From Candidatus Latescibacterota bacterium (GTDB lineage Bacteria; Latescibacterota; UBA2968; UBA8231), in contig CBDAOB010000005.1 of assembly GCA_965197905.1 (NCBI GenBank), positions 2,613,161 through 2,677,160 on the forward strand: a DNA stretch of 64,000 nt. Direction: 5' to 3'. Each line of letters opens with the position of its first letter. The first letter of the stretch is position 1. A model generated the notes under the pieces. It saw only the letters and a program-made list of their open reading frames with translations. It was not told the DNA's origin and did no database searches. Both the position numbers and the translations under genes were made by a program. Below are positions 10,038 to 19,531 of this stretch, one piece after another.

Positions 10038-13000
10038 CTACCGTCGACGATCGACCAAGGAGTAGACGGTTGGGATCACGATCAAGGTGAGAAAGGTGGA
10101 GCTGGTGAGGCCGGCGATTACGGTGAGCGCCATCGGAGTGCGAATCTCCGCTCCCTCCCCCAACCCCAGAGCCATCGGCAGCAATGCCAGTATGGTGGTC
10201 AGGGTAGTCATGATTATGGGACGCAGGCGAACTGTGCCCGCTTGCACGATCGCCTCCATGTGCTCCAGACCCGATTGTTTCAAAGTGTTGATGTAATCCA
10301 CCAGGACGATGGCATTGTTCACGACAATGCCCGCGAGCATTATGAGACCCAGGAATACGACGATGCTCAAGGCAATGTCGGCCACGAAGAGCACCGCGAT
10401 CACACCCACGAGAGCCAGGGGCACCGTGAACATGATCACGAGCGGATGAATCAGCGACTCGAACTGGCTGGCCATTACGATGTACACCAGGAAGATCGCC
10501 AGCGCCAAAGCGACGAAGAGACTGTGGAGAGAGGTCTCCATCTCGCGCTTCTGTCCGCTGATGAGGTAGGAGAAGCCGAGCGGAAAATCCATGCCCTGGC
10601 GCAGGGCGGTAACGATGTTCTGCGAGGCGGTCCCCAGATCGATGTCGCGAATGTTCGCCGTGATGAGCGCGGTCCTTTGCTGGTCTATGCGACGGATTTC
10701 GCTCGGTCCCTCACTGACGCCGATGTCGGCGATGGCCCCCAGCGGAATCGGCACCTCGCCGTCGGGATTCACCACCAGGCGATTGAGTTCCTGAATGCCC
10801 AGGCGATCCTCCTCTTGGAGTCGCACCAGAATCCGGACCTGGCGCTCCTCCTCCCGAAATTCGGTGGCAACCTTGCCCTGAACCTTGTTGCGCACGAGCT
10901 CGGCCACCGTGCGCATGTTGAGTCCGTACCCGGCCAGGCGCTCCCGGTTGTAGTTTAACTGAAGCTCGGGATTGCCCGATTTCAACGACGACTTTACATC
11001 CACCAATCCAGGGAGCGCAGAAAGCATCTCCACCGCCTGCTGGCTCAACCGGCGCAGGAGATGCAGGTCGTGACCGCGAATCTCCAGCTCTATCGGTGTC
11101 TTGAAGCTGAACAGGGCCGGATGTGATACCTCCATGTCGGTTTCAGGCAGATCCCGCAGCAGGGCTCGCAGCCGTTGGATCAGGTCGTGCTCCACGCGAG
11201 CGTCGGACCCTTCGTTCAGACGAAGTGTCAACCTGCCAGAGTGTTCCCCTTCTTCCGCTTTTGTAGTGGCGGTTTTATCGGCGCCAACTGTGGTGGTTAC
11301 CCGCATCACCTCCGGTTGCTCCATAACCACCGCTTCGATCTTCCCAAGCACCTCCGCCGTCTTGTTCAGCGGCGATCCCACCGGTAACGCCACCTCGAGA
11401 TTGAATTCGCCCTGATGTACTTGCGGGATTAACTCGCGGCCCAGCTGTGGAAAAATCTGTAAAAAACAAAAAGCGAAAGAGGCAATAGCTGCCGACACGA
11501 CCAAAAGCCGTTGGCCCAGCGCCCATCGTAGCAGAGGTGGGTACGCCCGCTGCACCTTGTCGAAGAGAAACTCGAAAACGACCAGAATCGGGGTCACGAG
11601 TGGGAGAAGCACCAGGCCTAACAAGAAGAAGATCGACAGGAGAACCAGCGCAGCCAGCAGAATGGCCGTCAACAAGACGATGCCGACCAGGCGCACGACC
11701 GTTTGAAAGACGAACCGCAGCAGCAGGTAGATGAGAGCAAGCGGAAATGTGATGGCTCTGGCGACCACCCACATCCATCGCGGCCCGGCGATCCACTGAC
11801 AGTAGACTTGCATCGAATTGGACAATGACGTGGCGGCCCCCATGGTTAGGATATCGGGCCACAACCGATCGAAGAAACCCCAGCGTCCCAGGTTTGCAGA
11901 CTCGCACCAGCCAACCACAACGGCCTGGAACGTGCGATCGGGTTTGATCCAAAGTTTTTCAAGCGGTTTGGCCAGGCACCACAACAGTTCGAAGAGCACC
12001 ATAACCACCGCCTTGAGCAAGGCGACAACAATGGTGACGGCAGCCAGGAGAACCCTCCACCCCAGTTCGTATAGGAGGTATGGCACCGATCCTGCTCCGC
12101 GCCCGAGCCGCACAAACAAACTCCCGTCGGAATCTGCCAGGGCATTACGTGCTCGTTCCATCGATTTGAGCTTGAGGAAATCGGTCCGTTGCACACCCAA
12201 GGAACCTGGCGAATCGGAATCCTTGATTCGGCGAGAGGCGAGCATCGGTATGAAGAACAGGGCCACGGCCAGGGATGCCGTAAGCGAGAATACCACCGTG
12301 AGAGCCATGTCCCCGAAAACCTGACCCGCAATACCCTCGACAAATACGATCGGAAAAAACACAGCAATCGTGGTCAGCGTGGATGCGAATACGGCACTAC
12401 CCACCTCGCCGGTACCTCGGATCGTCGCGCTGACCAGATCGTCGCCCTCCTCGCGACAACGGAAGATGCTCTCCAGGACGACGATCGAATTATCCACCAA
12501 CATGCCGATGCCAAGAGCGAGCCCACCCAGCGACATGATGTTGAGGGAAACGTCGAAGATGTGCATCGGGGCGAAGGTGGCGATGATCGAGATCGGAATC
12601 GTAATGCCGACGATGAAGGTGTGCATCACGTTTCGCAGAAACAGAAACAACACGAGGATGGCCATCGCCCCCCCGATCAGAGCACTCTTTTGAACCTCAT
12701 CGATGGAGTTGACGATAAAGACCGACTGATCGGAAAGAACCTCCAGCTCCATATCGGCCGGGAGCTGGTGGGTGATGAAGTCGGTAAGACGCAGATGCTC
12801 CATCGTGCGCACCGCCGCCTCGCGCTTCTTCTCCTTCAGAATCTTCGCCGAGTCTTTTGTCTTCTCCTCTTCTTCTTCCTCCTCCTCGGTCTCCTCCGTC
12901 TCCTCTTTGGCCTTTTCCGCTACCAGTTTTTTTATGTAATCGCGTTGTTCTGGAAGGCCGTAGATTTGGTTGTGCACCTTTCTCGAAACGGTAACGAGGT

Positions 13001-13877
13001 TGGCGTCCGCCTCCTTAAACAGCTCCAGCTCTACGCTCTCAATTCCGTTGACCCGGGTGATGGTCTCGCGATCCCGGAACGATCGGCTGATCTTGGCAAC
13101 GTCCCGCAGACGGATGTCCGCTTCATCATGCCGCGCTACCACAAGCTTGGCGATGTCTTCCAGCGAGGTGAATTCGTTCAAGGTGCGGATCAGGTACTCC
13201 ACCTGCCCCTCGCGTAGCCGGCCGCCGGGCAGGTTCACGTTTCCCTGCTCGAGCCGACGGATAACCTCGGCGATGTCGAGTCCGATGAGCGCCAGCTGCC
13301 GCTCGTTCAGCGCGACGTGAATCTCCTCCTCCAAACCTCCCTTGACCTTTACAGCGGCAATGCCGGGAACTCGTTCGAGCTCGCGCTTGATTTCATTCTC
13401 GGCGAGAAAACGTAGATCGTAGAGACTGTGGTCCCCGAACAGTCCGATCCGCATGAACGGATCAAGCGACGGATCGTACCTCAGCAATAGCGGCTTTGCG
13501 ACATCCAGCGGCAGATTGACACGGTCGATCTTCTCGCGGATATCCTGGGAAGCCGCGTCCATGTCCGTATCCCAATTGAACTCGAGGATGACATCCGATT
13601 GATCCGCCTTTGAAATGGAGCTGATACTTACGAGGTGCCTCACAACGCCCAGGGTTTGTTCCAGGGGCCGTGAAATCAGGGTCTCGATCTCCTCGGGCGC
13701 GGTACCCGGAAACTCCGTGCGCACGGTCAGGGTCGGGTAGCTGATCTCGGGCATGAGGCTCAGGGTGAGCTGCTGGTAGGAAACCGAGCCGAAAACGCAG
13801 ATCGCCATCACCACCATCAGGATGGCGACGGGTCGTCGGGTAGTGATGGAAAAACGAGGACTAACGGGTTCTTCCAT
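10038..13877 (-). CDS. RND efflux permease (AcrB family) with a large central hydrophobic insertion
   Basis: 1279 aa; GMLVDNSIVVLESI; GIVVNNAIVLVD; RLRPIIMTT; extra ~220 aa between the two halves. Confidence 0.95.
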   Translation of the reverse strand: MEEPVSPRFSITTRRPVAILMVVMAICVFGSVSYQQLTLSLMPEISYPTLTVRTEFPGTAPEEIETLISRPLEQTLGVVRHLVSISSISKADQSDVILEFNWDTDMDAASQDIREKIDRVNLPLDVAKPLLLRYDPSLDPFMRIGLFGDHSLYDLRFLAENEIKRELERVPGIAAVKVKGGLEEEIHVALNERQLALIGLDIAEVIRRLEQGNVNLPGGRLREGQVEYLIRTLNEFTSLEDIAKLVVARHDEADIRLRDVAKISRSFRDRETITRVNGIESVELELFKEADANLVTVSRKVHNQIYGLPEQRDYIKKLVAEKAKEETEETEEEEEEEEKTKDSAKILKEKKREAAVRTMEHLRLTDFITHQLPADMELEVLSDQSVFIVNSIDEVQKSALIGGAMAILVLFLFLRNVMHTFIVGITIPISIIATFAPMHIFDVSLNIMSLGGLALGIGMLVDNSIVVLESIFRCREEGDDLVSATIRGTGEVGSAVFASTLTTIAVFFPIVFVEGIAGQVFGDMALTVVFSLTASLAVALFFIPMLASRRIKDSDSPGSLGVQRTDFLKLKSMERARNALADSDGSLFVRLGRGAGSVPYLLYELGWRVLLAAVTIVVALLKAVVMVLFELLWCLAKPLEKLWIKPDRTFQAVVVGWCESANLGRWGFFDRLWPDILTMGAATSLSNSMQVYCQWIAGPRWMWVVARAITFPLALIYLLLRFVFQTVVRLVGIVLLTAILLAALVLLSIFFLLGLVLLPLVTPILVVFEFLFDKVQRAYPPLLRWALGQRLLVVSAAIASFAFCFLQIFPQLGRELIPQVHQGEFNLEVALPVGSPLNKTAEVLGKIEAVVMEQPEVMRVTTTVGADKTATTKAEEGEHSGRLTLRLNEGSDARVEHDLIQRLRALLRDLPETDMEVSHPALFSFKTPIELEIRGHDLHLLRRLSQQAVEMLSALPGLVDVKSSLKSGNPELQLNYNRERLAGYGLNMRTVAELVRNKVQGKVATEFREEERQVRILVRLQEEDRLGIQELNRLVVNPDGEVPIPLGAIADIGVSEGPSEIRRIDQQRTALITANIRDIDLGTASQNIVTALRQGMDFPLGFSYLISGQKREMETSLHSLFVALALAIFLVYIVMASQFESLIHPLVIMFTVPLALVGVIAVLFVADIALSIVVFLGLIMLAGIVVNNAIVLVDYINTLKQSGLEHMEAIVQAGTVRLRPIIMTTLTTILALLPMALGLGEGAEIRTPMALTVIAGLTSSTFLTLIVIPTVYSLVDRRR

Positions 13878-13966
13878 CTCTATGCGTTTGGGAATGGAGA
13901 GTGGTTAGAAAAGGGTTCACGCCGGGGCTCGGCGTAAAAAACTGCATCTGCCATTCAGGAGATAGC

Positions 13967-15124
13967 TCAGCCCTCGTCGGCGCTGGAACCGTCAGCTCCA
14001 ACGGTTTCGTCCTCTGCCTCCTGGGCATTGACGATCTTGACCCGGGCCTTGTCTCTGAGGCCGTTCTGGCCTACGACGATGACATCCGTCTCCGGTTCGA
14101 TGAGCGACAGCGACTCGACGAATTTGCTGTCTTCGAAACCGGCGTCGAGCTTGACGCGCGTGGCCGTGCTATCTTCGACGATGAAAATGAAACGATCGCC
14201 CCCATCGTAGACCACTGCTTCCTTGGGAACCAGTACGGCGTCTAAGTGGGTGTCGGTCACCACGCGGACATCGACGAATATCCCCGGTCGCAGGTAGTCC
14301 CACCGATCCTCGATGCCTATGGTCACCTTGAACGTGCCGCTTTTCGGATCCACCACCGGGCTGATTCGCTTCACGAACCCGTTGAAGGACATCTCCTTGA
14401 GGAACTCGGAGGTAATCACGGCTTCCTGTTTTTCTCGAATGGTGGTCAGGTACTGTCCGGGCACGAACACCCGCGCGATCATGTCCTCGAGCTTGATCAG
14501 ATCGAACAACTTGCTGCCTGCGGTTACGCGACTGCCAGTCTGGACACTGCGTTCGGTTATGACACCCGAAAAAGGCGCCCGTATTACCGCGTGCTCCAGC
14601 TCCATCTGCGCTTTACGATTCCGCAGATTCGCCTGTTCTAGCTGAAATTTCTTTTCTTCATACTCTTGATCGCTAATGAGCTTGCGCCGAAACATCTGCT
14701 CGGTCCGATCGTACCCGACCTGCAGATGCCGAAGATCGACTTCGGTCTCCTGAGCGGCAACACGAAGCTCCTCATCCTCTATCCAGACCAGGGTATCCCC
14801 CGCTCCCACCCGGTCCCCTTCCTCCACGCGGACCGACTTCACCAGGTAGCCGCTCAATTGGGAGTGCACCTCGACAGCGGCTTCTGTTTCGATTGTGGAG
14901 TTGAAGAAGAGGAACGCGGATATGTCGCCGCTGGTAGCCGGTGATGTCTCTACCGGAACCGCATCTACGACAACCGCTTTCGTGGTGTCGGTGGCCGTGC
15001 TGTCCGCACCGGTGCTATCGGAGCTGGCAGTGCCGTCCTTGTCGGAGGATCCGAATTTCTCGCAGCCGGAAATAATGAAGAAACTGAAAGCGACAATGAG
15101 GGGTCGAAAAGCTGCTAAACGCAT
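13967..15124 (-). CDS. RND periplasmic adaptor (membrane fusion protein), probable lipoprotein
   Basis: Lipobox-like IISGC; V-EGDRV..GD.L; IRAPFSGVI; RISPVVDPKSGT; upstream of two RND genes. Confidence 0.93.
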   Translation of the reverse strand: MRLAAFRPLIVAFSFFIISGCEKFGSSDKDGTASSDSTGADSTATDTTKAVVVDAVPVETSPATSGDISAFLFFNSTIETEAAVEVHSQLSGYLVKSVRVEEGDRVGAGDTLVWIEDEELRVAAQETEVDLRHLQVGYDRTEQMFRRKLISDQEYEEKKFQLEQANLRNRKAQMELEHAVIRAPFSGVITERSVQTGSRVTAGSKLFDLIKLEDMIARVFVPGQYLTTIREKQEAVITSEFLKEMSFNGFVKRISPVVDPKSGTFKVTIGIEDRWDYLRPGIFVDVRVVTDTHLDAVLVPKEAVVYDGGDRFIFIVEDSTATRVKLDAGFEDSKFVESLSLIEPETDVIVVGQNGLRDKARVKIVNAQEAEDETVGADGSSADEG

Positions 15125-15243
15125 TGGATCTCGGCCCTTCGACGGTGTAGCGAGGGTTGTCTATCCCTTAGGAAATAATACATTAAGGTCGATTGGGAGA
15201 ACGCGTTCGACCATAGATTCCCAATAATGGTGGACAGTGTCAA

Positions 15244-16162
15244 GTGCAGGTGCAGCTCGGCTCCATTATCGTCGCGGTTCTCCTTTCGGCCGCATTTACT
15301 CGGTTTCTTCGCCAGGCCGAGATCCTAGCCGGGTTTCGGCTCGGCCTCGTCCAACGGATTCCTATCCTTGGCAAGGTCATCAGTTGTCCCCACTGTCTAT
15401 CGTTCTGGCTCGCGATCGTAACTAGGCGCGCTGCTAGCCCATGACCTGCTGAACTTCGGAATCATCGTTTTGCTCGGTTGGCGAGGCGCCTTCTTTCTGA
15501 ACCGGTTACTGGACGCCACGATTGCCGCCGCAGCCCCAGACCCGCTTTCGGGGACGGACTGTCAGGTCTGTGGCGCTAGTTTCAGGAAGGATTTTCTAGA
15601 GCGGCGCGGGCATCTATTCTGCTCCTATCGGTGTTGGTTCGACTTTCTCAAGGCACGCGAGCAGTCGTTTCGCGCATCCGAATCGTTGCTGGATGAATTC
15701 GGAGATTTCGTAAGGCAGGAGATATATCCGATGAGTTACAAGAACGTGAAACCTGGAGAAGCCAGAGAACTCCTGGAAGGCGACGGCGGTTATACCTATG
15801 TCGACGTCCGGTCACAGGAAGAATACGAGAGCGGTCACCCAACGGGAGCGGTGAATGTGCCCGTCATGCACCGATCCACAATGGGAATGGTCCCGAATGC
15901 GGAGTTCCTCTCGGTGATGGATCGCAGTTTCGAGAAGGGCGATCTGGTGATCATCGGGTGCCAGTCCGGGGCTCGCTCCCTACGTGCCGCTGAAGGATTG
16001 GTAGCTGCAGGCTTCACCAATGTCCTACACATGGATGGGGGGTTCGGCGGAACTCAAAACGAGCTCGGCGAAGTTATCGAGCCGGGTTGGTCCGAACTGG
16101 GATTGCCGGTGAACCACGGATCCACAGATGGCGATTACGAGAAGCTTCGCACCGCGCGATAA
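15244..16162 (+). CDS. Membrane CxxC (DUF1360-like) + Cys4 zinc-finger + rhodanese fusion; +1 frameshift at ~15420
   Basis: Removing one A at 15420-15421 joins ORF 15244..15444 (ISCPHCLSFW) to 15470..16162 via LGALLAHDLLNFGIIVLLGWRG. Then CQVC-x12-FCSYRC and a rhodanese (YVDVRS..EY..GH; GCQSGARS). Confidence 0.7.
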
Positions 16163-16179
16163 CGCGATAACAGGTAGAT

Positions 16180-16842
16180 GTGACGGAACCTCTCAATCCG
16201 TATTTCCAGGTCGGCCTCGATGTTCTCGACAAAACCTGCCTCGTCGTGGGGGGTGGCTCCGAGGCGGCAGAGAAGAGCGGCCGCCTTCTTCGCGCCGGAG
16301 CCCGCGTTCGCCTGGTAAGTCCGAAAGTCGTTCCCGAGCTGAAAGAGCGGTGCGCCGAGAACCGCATAGAGCATCGGCCGCGAAGGTTCGAGGTCGCCGA
16401 TCTGGAGGAAGTCTTTCTGGTTCTCAACACGGTAGGAACTGACCCCGTGCTGGCCAAGGAGGTCTTCGCCTTGACGCACGACCGCAACATCCTGCTCAAC
16501 ACCTACGATCAGCCGGGGCTTTCGAACATCGGCATGGCCGCCCTGGTCGACCCGGGGCACCTGCGGCTGAGCATCAGCACGTCCAACGCCAGCCCGGCGC
16601 TAGCCCGCCGTCTCCGACAGGATCTGGAAAGCCTGTTCGACGGGGAATTCGTGGAGTACCTCGAACGCCTGGCCGAGGTTCGTCAGCACCTCAAAACGAG
16701 CGAGGCAGACGGTCGCAAACGACGCGAGAAGCTGCGATCGACCGTGGGGGACTTCCGCGTCGAGGGCCGTTTGCATTATCCACGGGATTGGCGTCGGCGA
16801 CTGGAAGAGCTCGCGGGCGGCGATGGTAATCGACGAAAATAG
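16180..16842 (+). CDS. Precorrin-2 dehydrogenase/sirohydrochlorin ferrochelatase (SirC/Met8, CysG N-terminal-like)
   Basis: CLVVGGGSEAAEK, VRLVSP, ISTSNASPALARRLR. Confidence 0.88.
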   Translation: MTEPLNPYFQVGLDVLDKTCLVVGGGSEAAEKSGRLLRAGARVRLVSPKVVPELKERCAENRIEHRPRRFEVADLEEVFLVLNTVGTDPVLAKEVFALTHDRNILLNTYDQPGLSNIGMAALVDPGHLRLSISTSNASPALARRLRQDLESLFDGEFVEYLERLAEVRQHLKTSEADGRKRREKLRSTVGDFRVEGRLHYPRDWRRRLEELAGGDGNRRK

Positions 16843-16853
16843 CTGCGACTTAC

Positions 16854-18866
16854 CTACCGCACGACCGTCAGTTTGCCTTTTTCCAGGGTTGTTCCATCCG
16901 CGTCCGTAATCACGTAGATGTAGACCCCGCCGGTCACCTCGAAACCGCTGGCGTTCAGTCCGCGCCAACGCACCTCGCGACTGAGGGACCCCTGTCGCTC
17001 TTCTCGGGCGCTCCACACGGTGGCCCCATCCATCCCGAAGATTTTCACCGTCGAATGCAGCGGTACGCCGGAAAAGGAAACAAAGCTATTCCTTCCGACG
17101 CGGTACGGATTCGGAAAAACCAATACCCCGTCGACGGGAACGCGACGAAGACGCTGGACGGCGCGATTGTCTTCCTCCGATACCTCGGCTATCGCGTTCT
17201 CGACATCGACGTCGAACTGAAAAACCGACTCGCCGAAACGATCCCACGGCACGGCAAGATCGCGGACATCTCCAGGGGCGAGATCGAGCTCGATCGAGGT
17301 CTCGTAGATGGGGACGCAGCTGCTCGTGTCGAGCGCACACTGCTCTAACCGCACGCGGACCACACCCACCGCCACTCCAAGACCGATGTTGCTGACCCTA
17401 AGGCGGAGGGTGTTTGTGCCGGTGGTCTTCAAGTCGCCCCCAAAAACAGCCAGATTCGGCAGACCGGAGGGCCGCGCGAACTGCCCGAGGAAGGCGATAG
17501 CCAGGCTGCTGCTGCGCTTTACGAGCTCCCAGTTGATGCTGTCGGGCACGTCGGCAACCGTGTGATACTGGCTGTTGACGCGATAAAGGCCTCTCCGCAC
17601 CGCCGTGGAGGTGGAATCGGTGGGCAGATAGTTCTCGATGGCGAGGATGGCGTCGTAACCCCGAGCCCAGAACGGCGCGTGATCGCTCAATAGAGCCGCC
17701 GCGTCCTCCAGCAGCTCCATCTCGAGGCCGATGCCGAACCGTTGATTGGTTTCGATCAGCAGTTGGGCGATCCACCTCGATGCCGGATTCGCCACTACAT
17801 GCAGCCGGTGACTGCGGTCGTTGAATCCCACCATGTCAAAATTCAACACGCCGAGGATTCGGTCATCCCGATCCATCGCCTGCTCCGCAAACGCGCGGCT
17901 GCCCCACAGCCCGATCTCCTCGCCCGAGAACGCGATGAACCGCACCGACCAGGGAAGTTCCTGTCGTGCCAGGACCCTGGCGCTTTCAAGAACCAGGGCT
18001 ACACCGGTGCCGTTATCGTCGGCCCCTGGGGCCGGATCGGTATCTGGGTTCCATCCGTCGCGGGAGCGCGCTCCTGTGGCGTCATAGTGGGCGCAGACCA
18101 CGTAATATCCGCCCGCCGGATCGGCACCGGGTAGCAAACCGACGACGTTGAACATTTCGCTCCCAGCCACTTCAAATAGGTGGGTCTGCACCAGGTCGTC
18201 GCCCAGGTATTCCTCCATGCATTCGCGAATGTACCGCGTAGATTCCAAGGTTTCTGGGCGAAAGGCGTACCGGGTGCGCAGGTTCTCTGGCTCGCTATCC
18301 GTGGAAGGATCCAGCAGGGCGAGTTTTCGAACATGTTCCCTCAAAAGCGCGGAATCGACCTCCTCAAGCATAGCGTCGACGAGATCCTGAGGCGCTGTTT
18401 GCCCGGGCTTCTTGCTGGGTTCTGCCTGCCGCAGGCCCCGCAGACTGTATGCTTCCGGAAGCGGCCAGAGGAATCCCTGTTTTAGAGCCACTTCCAGGTT
18501 TCTGTCCGCGACACGAACCAGAGCCCAGCCGGCTGCGTCCTGGTAAACGACGTCCGCCAGGGAATCGTGCAGGTGCTCGATCAGAAAATAGGTCTCCCCT
18601 GGATCGGCTGTGTCCGCAAAGATAGGGGAGCCCGTAACAGCCAAGGTGGTTTCAATGATACTGTCGTCCACAGCTGCAAGCGCAATGGTTGAGGTAACGA
18701 AACGAAATCTCGCCCCGGAAGCATCCAGGTCCTCCAGTTGGGCGAGCCGATTCCACCGGAACCCGAGCAGGGTTTCAGCCGCGGAAGTACCCGAAAGGAT
18801 TGAAAATATGAGAGTTATAAAAAGAAGAGGCGTATGGCGCGGAACCGACAGCGGAAGCGTCCGCAA
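16854..18866 (-). CDS. Secreted M28 metallopeptidase with CARDB-like and FlgD-Ig/T9SS-type C-terminal domains
   Basis: CAHYDA, PGADDNGTG, FSGEEIGLWGS, NFDMVG, SDHAPF, YHTVAD; C-terminal VFPNPY...GVYIY...GKLTVVR. Start is uncertain (ORF is open to 18959; TTG at 18866 precedes a signal peptide). Confidence 0.88.
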   Translation of the reverse strand: MRTLPLSVPRHTPLLFITLIFSILSGTSAAETLLGFRWNRLAQLEDLDASGARFRFVTSTIALAAVDDSIIETTLAVTGSPIFADTADPGETYFLIEHLHDSLADVVYQDAAGWALVRVADRNLEVALKQGFLWPLPEAYSLRGLRQAEPSKKPGQTAPQDLVDAMLEEVDSALLREHVRKLALLDPSTDSEPENLRTRYAFRPETLESTRYIRECMEEYLGDDLVQTHLFEVAGSEMFNVVGLLPGADPAGGYYVVCAHYDATGARSRDGWNPDTDPAPGADDNGTGVALVLESARVLARQELPWSVRFIAFSGEEIGLWGSRAFAEQAMDRDDRILGVLNFDMVGFNDRSHRLHVVANPASRWIAQLLIETNQRFGIGLEMELLEDAAALLSDHAPFWARGYDAILAIENYLPTDSTSTAVRRGLYRVNSQYHTVADVPDSINWELVKRSSSLAIAFLGQFARPSGLPNLAVFGGDLKTTGTNTLRLRVSNIGLGVAVGVVRVRLEQCALDTSSCVPIYETSIELDLAPGDVRDLAVPWDRFGESVFQFDVDVENAIAEVSEEDNRAVQRLRRVPVDGVLVFPNPYRVGRNSFVSFSGVPLHSTVKIFGMDGATVWSAREERQGSLSREVRWRGLNASGFEVTGGVYIYVITDADGTTLEKGKLTVVR

Positions 18867-18888
18867 TCGGCCGAAGGGTGCCCGTGGG

Positions 18889-19278
18889 TTACTCGGCGTC
18901 CCGCTGAACCGATTGATCCTGCGGGGGAACGGAGGCAGGCTGCGAGGATTTCTCTTCAACAGTCAACTCTGGAGCAGCAGCGCCATCACGGTTCTGGTGA
19001 AGTGCTTCCTTCAGCAGTCGGCCGGGTTTGAAATGGGTCTTGCGCCGCGCCGGAACGTAGATGATCTCTCCGGTGCGGGGGTTCCTGGCAGCCGGTTTTG
19101 GCCGGGTATCCTTGACCTGAAATACCCCGAATCCACGAATTTCAATCCGGTTTCCCTGGATAAGGCTGTCGCGCATGGCCACAAAAAGGCTGTCGACCAT
19201 TTTGGCGGCCAAATTCTTCTTGCAGCCGGTGCTACGACTGACCAGGAGGGCCAGATCTTTCTTCGTAATCGTAGCCAA
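18889..19278 (-). CDS. HU/IHF-family DNA-binding protein (IHF-beta-like) with C-terminal extension
   Basis: TKKDL...RIEIRGFGVF...ARNPRTGE...FKPGRLLKE; TTG start preceded by GGAGG. Confidence 0.93.
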   Translation of the reverse strand: MATITKKDLALLVSRSTGCKKNLAAKMVDSLFVAMRDSLIQGNRIEIRGFGVFQVKDTRPKPAARNPRTGEIIYVPARRKTHFKPGRLLKEALHQNRDGAAAPELTVEEKSSQPASVPPQDQSVQRDAE

Positions 19279-19375
19279 GAGCCAACCTCCTGACCTCTGA
19301 ATCCTTGCGGTGCTGCCCCAGCCTGTCAGCGGGGCGAAATCACGCCATTAGTCATTGGGAAATAAAGCGTTATGG

Positions 19376-19506
19376 AAAATAGGCCGCACCCATACCTGTG
19401 TCAAGAAAAAATTGAAAAAGCGCTTATTTTTCTTGGCATTTACAGAAAAAACGGCCTTCTTGGTCGAATTGCCTTTTTTGCCGTCCCGAATCACCTTTTC
19501 TATACT
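19376..19506. promoter_or_regulatory. Divergent sigma70-type promoters for the IHF/HU gene (-) and the UbiA gene (+)
   Basis: Minus strand: TTGACA (19404-19399), 17 nt, TATTTT. Plus strand: TTGCCG (19478-19483), 17 nt, TATACT (19501-19506), ahead of ATG 19532. Confidence 0.45.
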
Positions 19507-19531
19507 GTTTGAGCTCAAATCCTCGGCCTAC

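Noticed and set aside
19355..19531. 59 aa N-terminal extension of the UbiA ORF
   Set aside because: AT-rich intergenic sequence holding divergent promoter motifs; ATG 19532 fits family length.
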